From Antedon mediterranea (Eukaryota > Animalia > Echinodermata), in NCBI RefSeq assembly GCF_964355755.1, contig NC_092679.1:15421432-15485431 (forward strand): 64,000 bases of DNA, written 5' to 3'. Position numbers and translations under genes: made by a program. Below, piece by piece: positions 52,501 to 63,094 of the stretch. The notes beneath the pieces are model-generated. The model did not search any database. It was not told where the DNA came from and saw nothing but the letters and a program-made list of their open reading frames with translations. How positions within the stretch are numbered: the first letter of the stretch is position 1; every line of letters starts with the position of its first letter.

Positions 52501-55500
52501 ATGTGGTAAAAATCCGTTCAGTACAGTAATAATAATCTTGCTATTAAAACAGACAAATAAACAGAGGTGATTTTATAACCTCCTTGGCTGTGGTAAGACA
52601 TACTTTGATTCCTCCGGAAAACACAATATGAAGTTTCCACATGCAATGCAGGCAGCATCCCTCACTGGCCAGCTCTCATCTCTGAAGCAGTCTAAAAGAG
52701 CTTTTAGAAGTTCTTCTACGTGAGGTCTCACCACTTCTTTATCAATCTACAGTGCATAATATTCAAACAATAATAATAATGGATAGATGGATACATTTTT
52801 ATAGTGACAACTCTAGTGGACAACTTTAAATGAAATATCGGGAGAAATTTCGAAAGCTCCAAGAGAACGCGCTATAAAAAATCTAAAAAATACATTGGCA
52901 TCTACACTAAACAATGGGTATATCTTGAGAGTGATGAGGTCTGCTAATAGGTTTTTTAAACTACTCGCATCAAAAAACGTGCACATTAAATCAAATTATG
53001 TTTTAAAATTACAAATCACAAATTATAACTCTTGCCTCTTGTTCAAAAATGAAGTTTTTTGGACAAGTAGTTCTCGAGAAAATGCAATTTCAGTTTACTT
53101 GTTACTTTAAGACTGCTCGCCGGCTTTTGAAAAATTCTGTCCTATCTTTTAACACTAGCAGGTCTAAAAAAGTATACTAAAAAGTGGTCTAGAATTGGGA
53201 CTGTGGTCCCAAATGGTCCCAAAATTTAATGGAATGGTCCTTGACCACATATCTATCTGTCTATTCATTTTGGTAAAGATCTTGTAATTACTTTTTGAGT
53301 AATCCTGCTAACAAACAAACAAACAAACAAACTAGCCTTCGCGCATAGCGCGATACTTGGCCAAATCAAAATTGGCCTCCTGACATTGACCCAATTTTGA
53401 CCAAAAGTGTGTGTCTCATGCTGTGTGATTTAGGCTAATTTCACTACAATCATTTGTATACGAGTTTGGTGTACAGGTTATGTAACCAGCCTTTCAACGA
53501 ACAATAGCTTCAGTCGGCTAACAATAGAACAGCAACGCGAAAAACACACGGGTGAATTTGAAAAGAAATAGGTTTTGTAAACTACTCGCATCAAAAAACC
53601 TCTATATTAAATCTAATTCAGTTTAAAAATTACAAATCACAAATTATAACTCTTGCCTCTTGTACAAAAATGAAGTTTTTTGGACAAGTAGTTCCCGAGA
53701 AAATGCAATTTAAGTTTACTTGTTAATTTAAGACTGCTCACCGGCTTTTGATAATTCTGTCCTATCTTTTAACACTAGCAGGTCTGAAAATAATTTTTAA
53801 AAGTGGCCCAGAATTGGAACCGTGGTCCGGATTTTAACCAAAATTGGGCAGTGTCGTCCTTGCACCAGGTGACATGTATGGTAGTAATTTGGAGTCATTC
53901 GAATCAAAACTGTGAGCGCTAGAGTGATGACAAACAAACAAACAAACAAACTAGCCTTCGCGCATAGCGCGATACTTGGCCAAATCAAAATTGGCCTCCT
54001 GACATTGACCCAATTTTCACCAAAAGTGTGTGTCTTATGCTGTGTGATTTAGGTTAATTTCACTACAATCATGTGTATACGAGTTTGGTGTACAGGTTAT
54101 GTAACCAGCCTTTCAACGAACAATAGCTTCAGTCGGCTAACAATAGAACAGCAACGCGAAAAACACACGGGTGAATTTGAAAAGAATTAGGTTTTGTAAA
54201 CTACTCGCATCAAAAAACCTCTATATTAAATCTAATTCAGTTTTAAAATTACAAATCACAAATTATAACTCTTGCCTCTTGTACAAAAATGAAGTTTTTT
54301 GGAGAAGTAGTTCTCGAGAAAATGCAATTTTAGTTTACTTGTTAATTTAAGACTGCTCACCGGCCTTTGATAATTCTGTCCTTTCTTTTAACACTAGCAG
54401 GTCTGAAAGTAATTTTTAAAAGTGGTCCAGAATTGGGACCGTGGTCCGGATTTTAACCAAAATTGGGCAGTGTTGTCCTTGCACCAGGTGACATGTATGG
54501 TAGAAATTTGCAGTCATTCGAACCAAAACTGTGAGCGCTAGAGTGATGACAAACAAACAAACAAACAAACCAAACAGATCAACATACTTGGCCAATTTTC
54601 AATTTGGCCAAGTAACAAACAAACACACAAACCGCACCAATCAACATACTTGGCCAATTTTCAATTTGGCCAAGTAACAAACACACGCTACCGATTACAT
54701 ATACTTCCTTGGCGGAGAGGGTGATATAAACATTTTTTTAATATAAACCATCAGCATCTATAGTAAACAATGGTTGTTCCTCTCACTTTCAAAGGGTGGC
54801 AAAGGTGGGAAAGGCTACTCTTGTGATGAGGTCTGCTAAATTTTACGCAGGAGAAATTATATTAAAAACACCTTCCCCACAATTTGTGACGTTTTGTAAA
54901 AATAATACATATATATTACTTTAAAAACATTAAACCAGGTCATTCCTTGTCTTAAATGTACGTTTTATGGTAAATTATGATAAAAAGTGAGAAACAATGC
55001 ACTACCTAAGTAGCTCGCAGCGAATGACTTCTCGTGGACGTTCTTTAGGTCTGCCTAGCTAGGCCTAGTTTTGTAGGCCTAGTGGTAAACATCGGTAACG
55101 TACGAACATCGTACGCTAGCTATATACCTAGCCTGACGTTGTATAGTTGCTGCATTAATTGTCTTTCTATTTTTGCCAGACTCCGTTGATACAAATTGGG
55201 GAAAACCCAATATTTTCGTTGAAAAGTTTTAAAAGTCTTCTATTTGTTTTGGCCTCACAATCAATCGAAAAGTGGGTGAATTACAGAAGAAAAACAGAAA
55301 TATCAATCCGCGCGCAATGCATTTTGGGATTTATAGCGGGCCGCTATAATTATTAGAATCGAGTTATTTCTCAAATTTTCAACCATTTAAAGACAAAAAA
55401 AGTTATCGCAATAGGACCATATAGTATTATTTTTACATTAAATATAGTTTGTGATCTTAAATTAGATCTAAAAAAAGTAGGGAAGGTGTCTTTAAATTAT

Positions 55501-58500
55501 AAAAAATTTAAAATATACAACATTGACATCTGTAGTAAAAAAATTAGTAATCTTACACTTTCTAAGCATGGCAAAGGCCGAAAATGCTTCAAAGCAACTC
55601 TCGCAATCAGAAGATTGATGAAGTATGCTAATTGTTACAGGAGAAATTACTAAAGCAACCATAGAGGGTGGTATAAACAATTTAAAATAAATACTAATGA
55701 CCTGGACAGTATTAGGCCAAATAAAAAAACATACTTGTTAAGCGTCACCGCCCGCTCCTGATTATCCAGCCGCCTCTCTTTTTATTTTTATTTTTTTTTA
55801 ACCGATATACAACGGAAAGTTCAGCGGCCCGACCCAGCTCCAGAGTAGGGCTCGAAATTCACGCTAGCAAACTAGCATTTTGCTAGTAGATTCTTCATAA
55901 GTGCTATTTGAAAATTTCAAAACTAGCAAATGTTTGTTAGGCTAGTGTAATTTTTGAAAAAATACATACTTTTTAGCTTAGACAACGCTAGCCGCCGATC
56001 GCTCTATGTCGACAACGGCAAATTGGTGAAAACAATTGTTTCATTTACACGCCGCCGATTTACGTAAAGGAAACGCGAATAGCACCGTGAATCATGTAAT
56101 GTGGTAAACAGCAAGCTTTTTCCCCAACACATTAAATCATGTGCATTTAGTACGTCGCTGAGGATTACATCATCAGTCACGTGATTACAGAATACGCGAT
56201 TATCAATTTAGGGATTTAACGAAATAAATATTTTGCCTACACAGTGGTCGAAGCGCGTTTTTTTATAGGTTCGTAAATAGGAAACACCTCATACATAATG
56301 GACTCTACCAATTTTGTTTACGATGATCTCGCGCTCGAGATCGGCACACCACGAGGTCCTGTTTTTGGGCGATGGGTTTCCTTATGCCTGGTTTACCTGC
56401 CTGGAATAATTACATACACTTTTTGCATCACAACTTTAAATACTGATTTACACAGCAATTGGCAAAGGATTCATCAAAGAAGAATGAATACGTTGAATAA
56501 AAATTCACTTAAGAAATGCCGTAAGCTGTTTTCAAACTATAAATCAGCCCACTATTTAGTATTATTGAGACCAAATCATGCTTCTCGCGATAGGGAATTT
56601 CCTGGATAGATGAGTCGAGCGAGAGACGGCGGATGGCCGATGAGTGAGGTTGGGGTAGCACCTTGGACGGATTAGTTAGCCTAAGGCCTACAATTTCGCT
56701 TGGTGGCAATTAAATTTAATGTTTTAATTACGTCTGGATATAAACAATACAAAACTCAATTTTGTCATAAGCAATAATATTTCATACGTAACATAGTCAA
56801 TTTTGTTCTGTTTCGCATTTTAAAAGTTTGACGTTTCGTCCTAAAAAAGTGGGGCAAAACGTCCACCGCGCAAAAATATACCTCTATAAAAAGTAAAAAA
56901 AAAAAAAAAAAAAACCGTCCCCCCGCCCCTGAAAATTTATGAGGGTGTGACGCTTAACAAGTATATTTTTTTATTTGGCCTTATGTTTAATTTACTTTCT
57001 GTCTGTAGTGTTCTATTTCCACCTATGACTTACAGTTTGTGTCAAACATTTTTATAGTAGTTCAAATTATGAAATTCTCATAGGCATGCATGCAAAATGC
57101 CAGATTAGATGCCTGTTTCATTGTTGGCATATAATTCTTGGTATATCAGACTAACGTGCCACAGTTCTGCTAAAAAAGGGCTTTCAGATAAAACCTACCT
57201 TTGAGCCTAGCTCGGCAATACATGCACAAGCCGCCTCTCGTACAGCATGGTTATCAGCTAATGTCTGCGCTATGTAATACGTAACCTGAACAACAACAAA
57301 ATTATTAAAATTTTATTTTTAATTATAACAAACAGATTTGTAAGCGTGGTTCCCAGTAGGGACGCAACCTACGTAAGAAAATAATAACTACAGTATGTTT
57401 GCCCCGTCTGTGTGAAATCAAACCTGCTTATTAGTTGCGCGTCAACATGAGCTTTGACCTGGTTCATGCTTGGCTACACGCTGTACTATATTTTCCATCC
57501 AGTGATTGTACATTATTGTGCATTGAGGCTCTTTTTTTTAACATTTTATTTTATACATTAGGCGCTATAAGTGTAAATTATTATTAATATTATTTATTTA
57601 GTACAACAATAATACTTAGATAGGCCTATACTTCAGTTTCACAAATAAAGCGTGGTTCCCACTAGCGACGCAACACAAGAACGTAACGCAACGCAAGTGA
57701 ATTAACCAATCACAAGCGATGGCTTATTCGCTTGTGATTGCTAACTGTCTATAACTTCGCTTGTCATTGGTTAAAACGCTTGCGTTGCGTTTACGTCCTT
57801 GCGTTACGTTCTAGTGGGAACCAAGCTTAATGGGAACTAGACTCATTACCACTTCTTTAATGTATCTTCCCACTAGTTGTTTTCCTTCGGAATGAGTCAC
57901 TTGTCTCCAAGTCTCTTGAGAATATATTCTTACTCCCTCAGCAACATAATATCTGGTAATAAATCAAACAACATTCATTATTAATAACCAAAGCTTATAA
58001 TTATTAATATATAGATGATAGTGTTATTAATCCCTGGGATTTTACATTAAAAGTAATATATATTTTTAATGAAGTCCCATGGTGTTGTTGATAAACAGTT
58101 GTTTTCTCGCCACGCCATTAGGCAGTTATAGTCCAGAGGACCAAATCATTACAAAACAGTATCAACGCGGAAGCTATTACTTAGGCTAAAAAATGGAAAT
58201 TTGTAAAGTCGGACTGGGCATGCGCACACCCCAGATCATGTCTGGGAGAAGAGAGTCTATGAAAACATCTGCTGATATTAAGCATTTTGTCACATGAGAT
58301 TTTTCGTTGAACAAACACAAACTCTACGACGTAACCAAATAGAGCATTTCAGGTTATTTTACATAATCCAAATTGTTTACTAATTGTTGAACAAAAATTA
58401 TTGATAATAAATCACTGTTTCTTAATTTGCTAAACAGAATATCAATAAAATAATCATTTAATGAAGAACAACAATTAAATGATTATTCAATGACAATTCA

Positions 58501-61500
58501 ATGAGTCTAGCGATGTTTTTTTGTAGGAAATATTTCTTGGCATAAACTAAAATAAAAAAGGAACAAAATTTGAAATTTGATTACAATAGCTTAGAGACTA
58601 CTTTTTTAAATATGACTTTAACTTTGATCAACCAAAATTCTAGAGATTCACCAACGTTAGAGCAGTATTGGACTCACCTATTTAGACACATTCTTGGCAA
58701 AAGAGATGGATAAAATTTCTCTCTAGCTTCTTGAGCTGGCAGATTCAAAAGAAACTTCCGAGTTGCAACTGACGCTGCTAGTCTAACCTAGAAAAAACAA
58801 TAACACAATAATTGATGACAATGGGCTCGCAATAGACACACAACGACTATCTGATCCATCAACAATTATACTTTAAAAAAGCCATATTTCAAAAATCAGT
58901 TAACAATTGAATATATATATATATATAAAGATGGTGAATACAAATTCATGTCAAGATGAGCACAGAAAGAAGAAATAACAAAAAAGATAAAGAAAAACAT
59001 CGAGTTCTACTAGCCCCAGAATCATCCAATCTTGACACTGAGTAGGCGTACCCTGACGGAACCGAGGCAACAGAAGTGGGTATGCTGAGGCGGGTACTTC
59101 GAACATTTCAAACCGTAATTAAGGGTAAGCTATACTCGATTTTTAAATCAAGCAGAAACATTTAGCTTCAATAATCACCACCTGAGAATATATGCAAATT
59201 ACTAGTTTGCACTAGTTTCATGCAAATTCTTTAGAGCAATGATTTCAAATCATAAAATGAACAACATAAATGCAAAATAAGCTATTAAATTAATAATAAA
59301 CAATCTTACTTGACTCCAGTTATCTGCAAGTCCATTGGATAAATGTCGGGTAAACTGTTCTCCAAAGTAGATCATTGGGTTACTATCTTCTCTAGAAATT
59401 TCCATCGACTCCTCATCATCTAGAACACAAACGTAAAATAATTATTAATATAAAATGTAAAAATAAATTAAAGCATCAAAAATAGTATTGTTTTCTAATT
59501 TGTAAAAACTCTGGCTTAAATGAATACTAAAAGCAAAGCTACATATTTTTTTAGTGCCAATTAATAAAAAAACATTTATTTAATTTAAACAGTTTTATGT
59601 CAAAATTACATGATTCCTACTTATCTTTGTAAATACTGTCTGTAGGAAAATTATATTAGAAATTGACATAAATTATTAAAACCGCTGTGTTTCTATCATA
59701 AAGCAAAATATATTGACATTAACAATACTGGTCTTTCATATCATTTCATCCGCCCACACACATAATTATTTTATGTTCGTTGTGAACGCATCACGTACAA
59801 AAGAGTTTTATGATGTATTGAAATAAGACACGCAATTTAAAATAGAATAGTAGAAAGATAAAACTCAGTAACAAAAGTTTGTCAACGTCAAGGATGTTGA
59901 GGCAATCAACTTGGCGACGAACTTAAGTATATGAGTTCCATTAATGGATACAATTTTTTTCTACTGTATGCTGATGATTCATTCAACGAAGTCTCTTTTT
60001 AATTGGAATGTCCCCGCTGTCCCCTGCCCGTCTGGTTCTTCGCATCCCAATATGTCATAACAGTTGAGAAGAGAGTAATGTACAGGATTCTTCACATCAC
60101 ATTTAAATCACTTCATAACACGGCTCCAACATTTCTATCCAACATCATTTCTCCATACAAGCCAAAACAAATACTGAGGTCAGGAATGCTGAATCACTCG
60201 CCACATTCAAACAACTCCTCAAATCCCATCTTTTTAATTTGGACTTTCTACATTTAATTTTACATTTTCTGTTGATTGTTCAGCGCTTAGAGGCGTCCTG
60301 CATTTTGCGCTATATAAATTGAACATTATTATTATTAATATTATTAATAGGAGTTGCCTTTTCACGAAAAGGGACCTACTAATAGGGATGTCCCCTTAAT
60401 AGGATGGATTCCACTGTAATTGAACGATGTTTACTTTCTGAATAGGCATTTCTTTTCATAAATCTGCTGGCCAGGTATTAAAATAATATTGCCTAATTTT
60501 TTCAGTAAGTCAGGAGTTATTTAAGGATAATCATACGAAAAATCCTCCCCTCTCCTCCCTCCAAATGCCACCCTTGACCCCGTTTCATTTTTACGTACGG
60601 TCATTGACTTCTGTACAGCTGACAAAAGCGGCACAGACTTGAAATCCAGTCTCTCTAACAAAACGATTTGTGTGTACAAGTGCCTGGAATATCAAGTCTA
60701 GTAGATCTTGGTTTATCTGTGATGCAAAATGTATCCCACAACCTTCGACCACACATTGCAGACATCTAAGATAAACACAAAATATGTATTATTAAAGCTC
60801 AGCTGTAGGCAAGAATTTCTAATATAACATTTGGGTAAATGTACATTAAAAATACGTTACAGAAAACTTAAGAAAAGAATATAAACCAAAAAATGACAAA
60901 AAGTGCCAACAAAAATTGGCCGTATACAGTGGATTTTTGAATGTGAAAATAACAAGGCCAACAGCCATAAGTCGCGTGCTAAAACGCATAGTGATACCGG
61001 ACCGACAGACAGACCGACCGACCGACATAGTGAACTATAGAGTCGCGTCCACGCGACTAAAAATCTGAAGTTGAATAAACACAAAAATATGAAACAAGGA
61101 AAAACTATTGATCGATAATAATGGGTATGAAAAGTAAATATAAAAGTTTTGCCTGCAGAATACTGCAAGATAAGTAAAGCTCTACAAACTAGTTTTGACA
61201 AAAGTGTGGTGCCCAAATATGGTAGTGATATGACATCATCATGTCCATATCACATTTTTTTGTCACATAAAGTTTGCTAGTGTAGACAAGGCTTTAGTTA
61301 CTTACTTCATCCATGTTTCAAGATTTTTCCAACCAGCAGTGTCATGAAATATTTGTTCTGCCGATGTACCTGCCAATGAACCTCCATTTCCCTAAAAAAA
61401 CCAAACATTCAAGCTATTTAAATATATAGAGACATATGAAATGAATTTGTTGTCAGGTTTCCGTCCAATCTGCGACTTTTACAGATTTGTACCAAAAGGA

Positions 61501-62003
61501 TTGCATTTTCCATCATTGATGGACATATACTGTAGCTTGTAATGCTAGACCTCCAAGTCTTCCAAGTTTGCTGATATTTCGAGTAATCTGGTATACAAAT
61601 TGTTTACTCTATGCTCAAGATTGTTTAAAATAACGCCCTCTATGATTAGATGTTTAGTCTCCTACCTAGTTTTGTTTTTTATATTTATTTTATAAATTCT
61701 TTCAATATCTAAATTAAATTCTTTCAAGTATAAAGTTGGAAAATCACACGCACTTCCAAATTTAGCATAATTTCTATTTGGGATGGACAAACAACAGTAT
61801 CACATAACAGACAATAAAATAAAGTACCTCATTGGATGCTGTCAGTTTGTTGGCCAATGTCTCAGCTTGTCTTTTTTCTTCAACATCAGATTCCGTCAAT
61901 GAAATTCTTTCCAAGTTTTTCCGGATGCCATCTGTAACAAGGTCTTTTGAAGACACATATGTCTCCACACCAAATCTTTTGCACAAACTACCAAGAACTT
62001 CTC
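19581..62003 (-). CDS. HEAT/ARM-repeat protein, uncharacterised; 15 exons visible, 5' exons not found in the window
   Basis: Exons in transcription order: 62003-61828, 61391-61306, 60765-60599, 59419-59310, 58787-58678, 57952-57850, 57285-57199, 52746-52604, 52172-52063, 51446-51277, 50165-50059, 49618-49477, 48775-48692, 20269-20160, 19626-19581 (TAA). All are GT-AG and phase-consistent. HEAT motifs: HTNRFVRETG, LADNWSQVRLAAS, ADNHAVREAAC, DESWPVRDAAC, LADNIPSVRQGAA. Confidence 0.88.
21550..23247 (+). CDS. RING-less TRIM-NHL-like protein (B-box, coiled coil, filamin Ig, NHL propeller), copy A, intact 565 aa
   Basis: B-box CSTHNLELEFFCSTCKKAACTECEH...H, coiled coil, filamin-type G.Y/H...IKGSP, and NHL repeats YPFGLTVN, GPEHISLTKDG, YPCGVAVD. 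A polypyrimidine tract and AG lie directly before the ATG. Confidence 0.88.
   Translation: MSSNQEIQMCSTHNLELEFFCSTCKKAACTECEHFLDCQQKHEMIKMKSAIDNFNQETTEVLKIAEDVKKDLEETFYSISENLSHFKDQVDLCRKAIEVQEKKLIQAVQAKIKGLILELEEKQKTIDEDISGQFVDLDARRDQVNDEIKSVNLILDQPEKSNTLSNYKKSILNVKDKVCGIRKVFHGKSVTPIFIPSTNVNGLINQTDIGEVLMVNTNYTIAESDRQFTVATGQTFKVKVSSLEEGELTAVFTSDFCQESAIKIKHQGSGEHIIPGRCDKEGNFQLKISAEDVEIKGSPVNIKVEPLGLVHIIDNIEQYKDHQNNYRVMDVEVDMDGCILVSSGSREVLKFDQSGLFKTKTEMTQNVQTLHQMSDGRIVISNTNCVVLCNDKFQEIHKFGEGTLTYPFGLTVNKENEVLYVSDCGANCVYKFNINNGDLVGKIGSDILKGPEHISLTKDGHLIVCDAQNSRVLIFDDNDKIVREIKGIPWIQYPCGVAVDKEENILIVDHIGIHLFDKKGHCKKKIYCREFSKKLIFASICVISNRPRKIAVANFGTNDVKIFNY
23485..23891. repeat. 17-bp minisatellite (~24 near-perfect copies)
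   Basis: Unit gcagctaatgtgcagtg, no spacers. Confidence 0.95.
24221..25872 (+). pseudogene. TRIM-NHL-like copy B, disrupted
   Basis: Paralog of copy A with a premature TAA at 24566-24568 (GAA in paralogs), a 1-bp frameshift near 24836 and in-frame deletions. It is split over three ORFs in the track. Confidence 0.85.
26566..27342. mobile_element. PIF/Harbinger-like MITE
   Basis: TIR gggcgcgtttatacaacac / gtgttgtataaacacgacc, 3-bp TSD TAA. Confidence 0.75.
28966..29140 (+). pseudogene. Truncated TRIM-like fragment (B-box only)
   Basis: MSSKEEVQMCSTHYLELDFFCLTCKKAACTECENFLDCQQKH...FNQEA, then homology is lost. AG lies directly before the ATG. Confidence 0.8.
29441..30373 (+). repeat. Tandem triplication (~340/255/340 bp) of the acceptor plus B-box start of TRIM copy C
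   Basis: Identical ttttgtcttttaacagATGTGTTGCTCTCATAAC...CATGAGATCGTTA segments with ATGs at about 29672, 29927 and 30265. The middle unit lacks ~83 bp. Confidence 0.9.
30265..31959 (+). CDS. RING-less TRIM-NHL-like protein, copy C, intact 564 aa
   Basis: B-box CCSHNQPLDFFCLTCKTAVCRECEH, filamin GNGEYRI...IKGSP, NHL EPLGLTVN, GPHHITLTKDG, NPYGVAAD, HPKGICV. Confidence 0.88.
   Translation: MCCSHNQPLDFFCLTCKTAVCRECEHFLHQQNHEIVTMKNAISSFNHEATEVLKTAQKVKKKLEKTFHSITASVTYFKDQVDLCRKAIKVQEKKIIQAVQAKTRNLILQLDEIQTTMEEGVKDQFEDLDRERDKVNEGITSVNSILNKPQEFQTIVKYKASITPVEDKVDSVCQSFHARTTVPNFCPSKPLTDLINKDNIGKITVHSLYKVAESDQQFAVTEGQTFEVTVSRLILCPDIQLTAVLTSKSGQESITEIKHLGNGEYRIIGRCDREGDWQMKIMAKDVEIKGSPVNVTVEPSGLVETIDNIGQYKENEKCKPVVDVALDKDGCILVSSDSKEVLKFEQSGLFKDKQDMTQNVRTMHHMSDGRMVFSDNNKSVILCDDQFQEIRRFGNETFFKEPLGLTVNKDNVLYVADCKAHCVYKFNINNGDLLGKIGSEEIRMKGPHHITLTKDGNLVVCDTKNHRVLIFGENDKITRIIEDPLRFSNPYGVAADYEDNIIISSNHELQLFNKHGDFIKQIGSQKSYFWSDLCHPKGICVISKHPRKVAVANVGSNNIKIFNY
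32818..33177. repeat. 19-bp minisatellite (~19 copies) with palindromic GAGTACTC core
   Basis: Unit gagtactcaaccttagag[G/T]. Confidence 0.95.
33181..35155. mobile_element. Cluster of partial copies of the 62591-63094 MITE, a hAT-like end (33605 cagtggcggatctagg) and a ~285-bp local duplication
   Basis: tatcgtattcgtaag.ttgcgaaacctccct ends at ~33358, ~34668 and ~34952; 34600-34880 is repeated at 34880-35155. Confidence 0.65.
35890..36725. mobile_element. Second TGT...ACA (Ginger-like) non-autonomous element with an internal 103-bp tandem repeat
   Basis: TIR tgttgaacccacaaatgtgaaaa / ttttcacatttgtgggttcaaca. Flanks actct / gctct (5-bp TSD with one mismatch). The 103-bp unit starts at 36141, 36244, 36347 and 36450. 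Confidence 0.75.
37874..38615 (+). mobile_element. Helentron/HINE-like element, family 2
   Basis: tttttagtcacgtggacgcgact 5' end, (GTCT/GTCG) microsatellite, and 3' cacgcgactta + hairpin ggctgttggcc + ttgtt. A short inverted copy lies at 60951-61063. Confidence 0.65.
38728..40408 (+). pseudogene. TRIM-NHL-like copy D, frameshifted
   Basis: The A of the ATG is lost after the acceptor (ctag|tggca). A 4-bp insertion near 39679 (attgcacagacagtat vs attggacagtat) splits it into 320-aa and 253-aa ORFs. One NHL segment (NINNGDLLGKI) is deleted. Confidence 0.82.
40615..40680 (+). pseudogene. Short TRIM filamin-domain remnant
   Basis: DHLVKGLPVNVSVEPLG matches paralog DHQVKGSPVNIKVEPLG. Confidence 0.55.
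40797..40833 (+). ncRNA. Minimal type-I hammerhead ribozyme motif (Penelope-like element type)
   Basis: gca-CTGATGA-a-gggc(tagtgtt)gccc-GAAA-gc-TC-tgc: intact core, 4-bp GC stem II, palindromic AGCT in place of stem III, short stem I. Confidence 0.6.
42254..43849 (+). CDS. TRIM-NHL-like copy E, open 531 aa, B-box largely deleted
   Basis: The N-terminus MASNHFFCSTCQQKQAICTF is collapsed by in-frame deletions. Coiled coil, filamin and NHL repeats are retained. AG lies directly before the ATG. Confidence 0.8.
   Translation: MASNHFFCSTCQQKQAICTFNQDATEVLKIAEEVKKDLEETFYLISEHSSYFNNQAELCKQAIEAQEKKLIQEVQAKSKELIFELEEMQKNMDEDIAGQFDNLDAKRDQVNDEIKSVNLILDKAEKPNTFANFKANILDVKDKVCGVQQLFRGKTVSPNFIPSTQIHDSINQDGIGEVLIFNTNYTISESDKQLTVATGQTFEVKVSSLKEDELTIGLTSASGQVSTTKFKHQGGGEYMIKGKCDIEGDWKIKIMAGNHHVKGSPVNIKVEPLGLVHTIDNIGQYKDNQNKYNIMDVAVDTDGCILLSSESKEILKFDQSGSFKGKNEMTQNVRTMHQMSDGRMVFSTTTNHVILCAKEFREICKFGERTLTYPFGLTVNKENEVLYVSDCRANCVYKFNISNGDLLRKIKMKEPGNITLTKDGHLTVCAWGKNKVLIFDENEKNAKKIKLKSTTLSPFDVAVDNEENIIISDDETVQLYDKHGCFIKEIYTRKFALKQNRLASICVIPNRPRKIAVANDEANNFVKIFNY
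45257..48451 (+). mobile_element. Non-autonomous PIF/Harbinger element with decayed MADF/BESS-like gene remnant
   Basis: Perfect 26-bp TIR aggccggtgcacaccgaacgcgaagc, TSD TAA. Remnant peptides YDKGSKSYTDRNIRINA* and VEECQK..KRVRDQFVK (MADF-like), and GQYIAMELRAI (BESS-like). Confidence 0.85.
46289..47945. repeat. ~825-bp direct tandem duplication inside the Harbinger element
   Basis: Both units start tgtttcattttt...atagaaaatggaaaagattaaggagg and end gacaaacccaggaagattcccagtt; near-identical. Confidence 0.9.
49722..49880. mobile_element. Short Harbinger-like MITE (inverted related copy at ~61178-61293)
   Basis: agctctgtctatactatcaaac ... gtttgattgtgtagacaaagat; internal ggacatgatgatgtcatatcact shared with the 61.2-kb copy. 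Confidence 0.6.
50496..51121. mobile_element. Tc1/mariner (pogo-like) MITE
   Basis: TIR ccgtaaaacctcgaaaagaa / ttcttttcgaggttttacgg, TA TSD, repeated gggcttcttttcgaga subterminal motif. Confidence 0.85.
52955..54720 (-). mobile_element. Helentron/DINE-1-like element with ~620-bp internal tandem repeats
   Basis: Reverse complement of the 17919 family (ccttggcggag end at ~54713). Repeated units start aaactagccttcgcgcatagcgcg at ~53329 and ~53948. (AAAC)n tracts. Confidence 0.65.
54866..55491. mobile_element. Kolobok-like MITE
   Basis: TIR aaacaccttccc / gggaaggtgtct, with TTAA on both sides. Confidence 0.6.
55715..56980. mobile_element. PIF/Harbinger-like non-autonomous element
   Basis: TIR ggccaaataaaaaaacatacttgttaagcgtcac / gtgacgcttaacaagtatatttttttatttggcc, TSD TTA. 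Confidence 0.8.
57649..57827. mobile_element. Harbinger-like palindromic MITE
   Basis: agcgtggttcccactag / ctagtgggaaccaagct, TSD TAA. A partial copy lies at ~57343. Confidence 0.75.
60003..60347 (+). mobile_element. 3' end of an L2/CR1-group LINE
   Basis: RVMYRILHITFKSLHNTAPTFL...ILRS and FKQLLKSHLF resemble the L2 ORF2 C-terminus. Tail cagcgcttagag...gcgctatataaatt...(att)n. Confidence 0.7.
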
Positions 62004-62590
62004 CTAAAAAGATAAATCATGCATGATTTCAAAATATTGTGAACCGTGAACCGTACAAGAAGTAGAGGCTTTGAACCATGTGGTATCGGTAAAGTTGAAA
62101 ACAAAAATATAGTCCTAATGAATCTATGTTATTTTTTTGTTTTATTTTAATTTTATATTCCGTTTACACAAAACGTGAAGTGGATAGGCGGTTGAGCCGA
62201 AACTTGCTCAGGATAGATACAGTACAGATTCTATGTGGGACAGGAATGCGGTTTTCAGCTTACCGTTACCACTAGTCTATTGTAAATTGGCCTTAGCATA
62301 TATTTTTTCAGTTCTCGCATTACAAAGAGAAATGATGACAGTGGTACATTGGGCCGTGCCCTTGTCAGGGTGCACTTGGTTGATGGATGAGTGCATTATG
62401 GTACAGATGCTCTAGGTACCTTTATTAACTTTTTTGTATCAAAGTCGTCTCAGGTATACATAAGTCCACTCATCACGTATACTGTACTATAAGCCCACCA
62501 CTACTTTTGATAATTTTTTTTTCAAATCGTGGCTCTCTGGTACTGTATGTGGACAATTAATGTAAAGATGTGTCAAAATATGCAGTTAAT

Positions 62591-63094
62591 AGGGAGGTTT
62601 CGCAACCTTACGAATACGATAACGAAAACGGATACGTCATACATTTGTGAAACTTTTGAGCTGATCCCCATTTCATATTCGTAAAGCGTATTCGTGTTGA
62701 CGAATATCACCAGCCATATTCGTAACTACAAAACTAGTATAGTTTTTGATCTATTTTGCACATTTTGCATTTGAATCATGATTCATGATTATAATATAAT
62801 TATAGATTTATTGAAAGTAATTTACTAAAGTAATTTACTGAAATGCCAAGTCAATTTTGATAAATAGCAGTTTTTAAAGTCCTCACTCGCTTTGATGTTA
62901 CGCTAGGCCTAGGCAGCCAAGCACCAAGCAAAACGTACCTGCGCTTCGCTCAAATTTACCGCAGTCATATTTTGGACGCGCCTCAATATTTCGTTGCCAT
63001 GCGAAACAGATTTTTTTATGGCTTACGAAAACGAATACGTGTGCGTGACGTATCCGTGTTCGTTATCGTATTCGTAAGATTGCGAAACCTCTCT
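62591..63094. mobile_element. PHIS-superfamily-like MITE with AAT target duplication
   Basis: ~50-bp TIR agggaggtttcgcaaccttacgaatacgataac / gttatcgtattcgtaagattgcgaaacctctct, with AAT on both flanks. Confidence 0.75.

Noticed and set aside
56298-56609. 103-aa ORF inside the Harbinger-like element
   Set aside because: No recognisable motif; probably a chance ORF.
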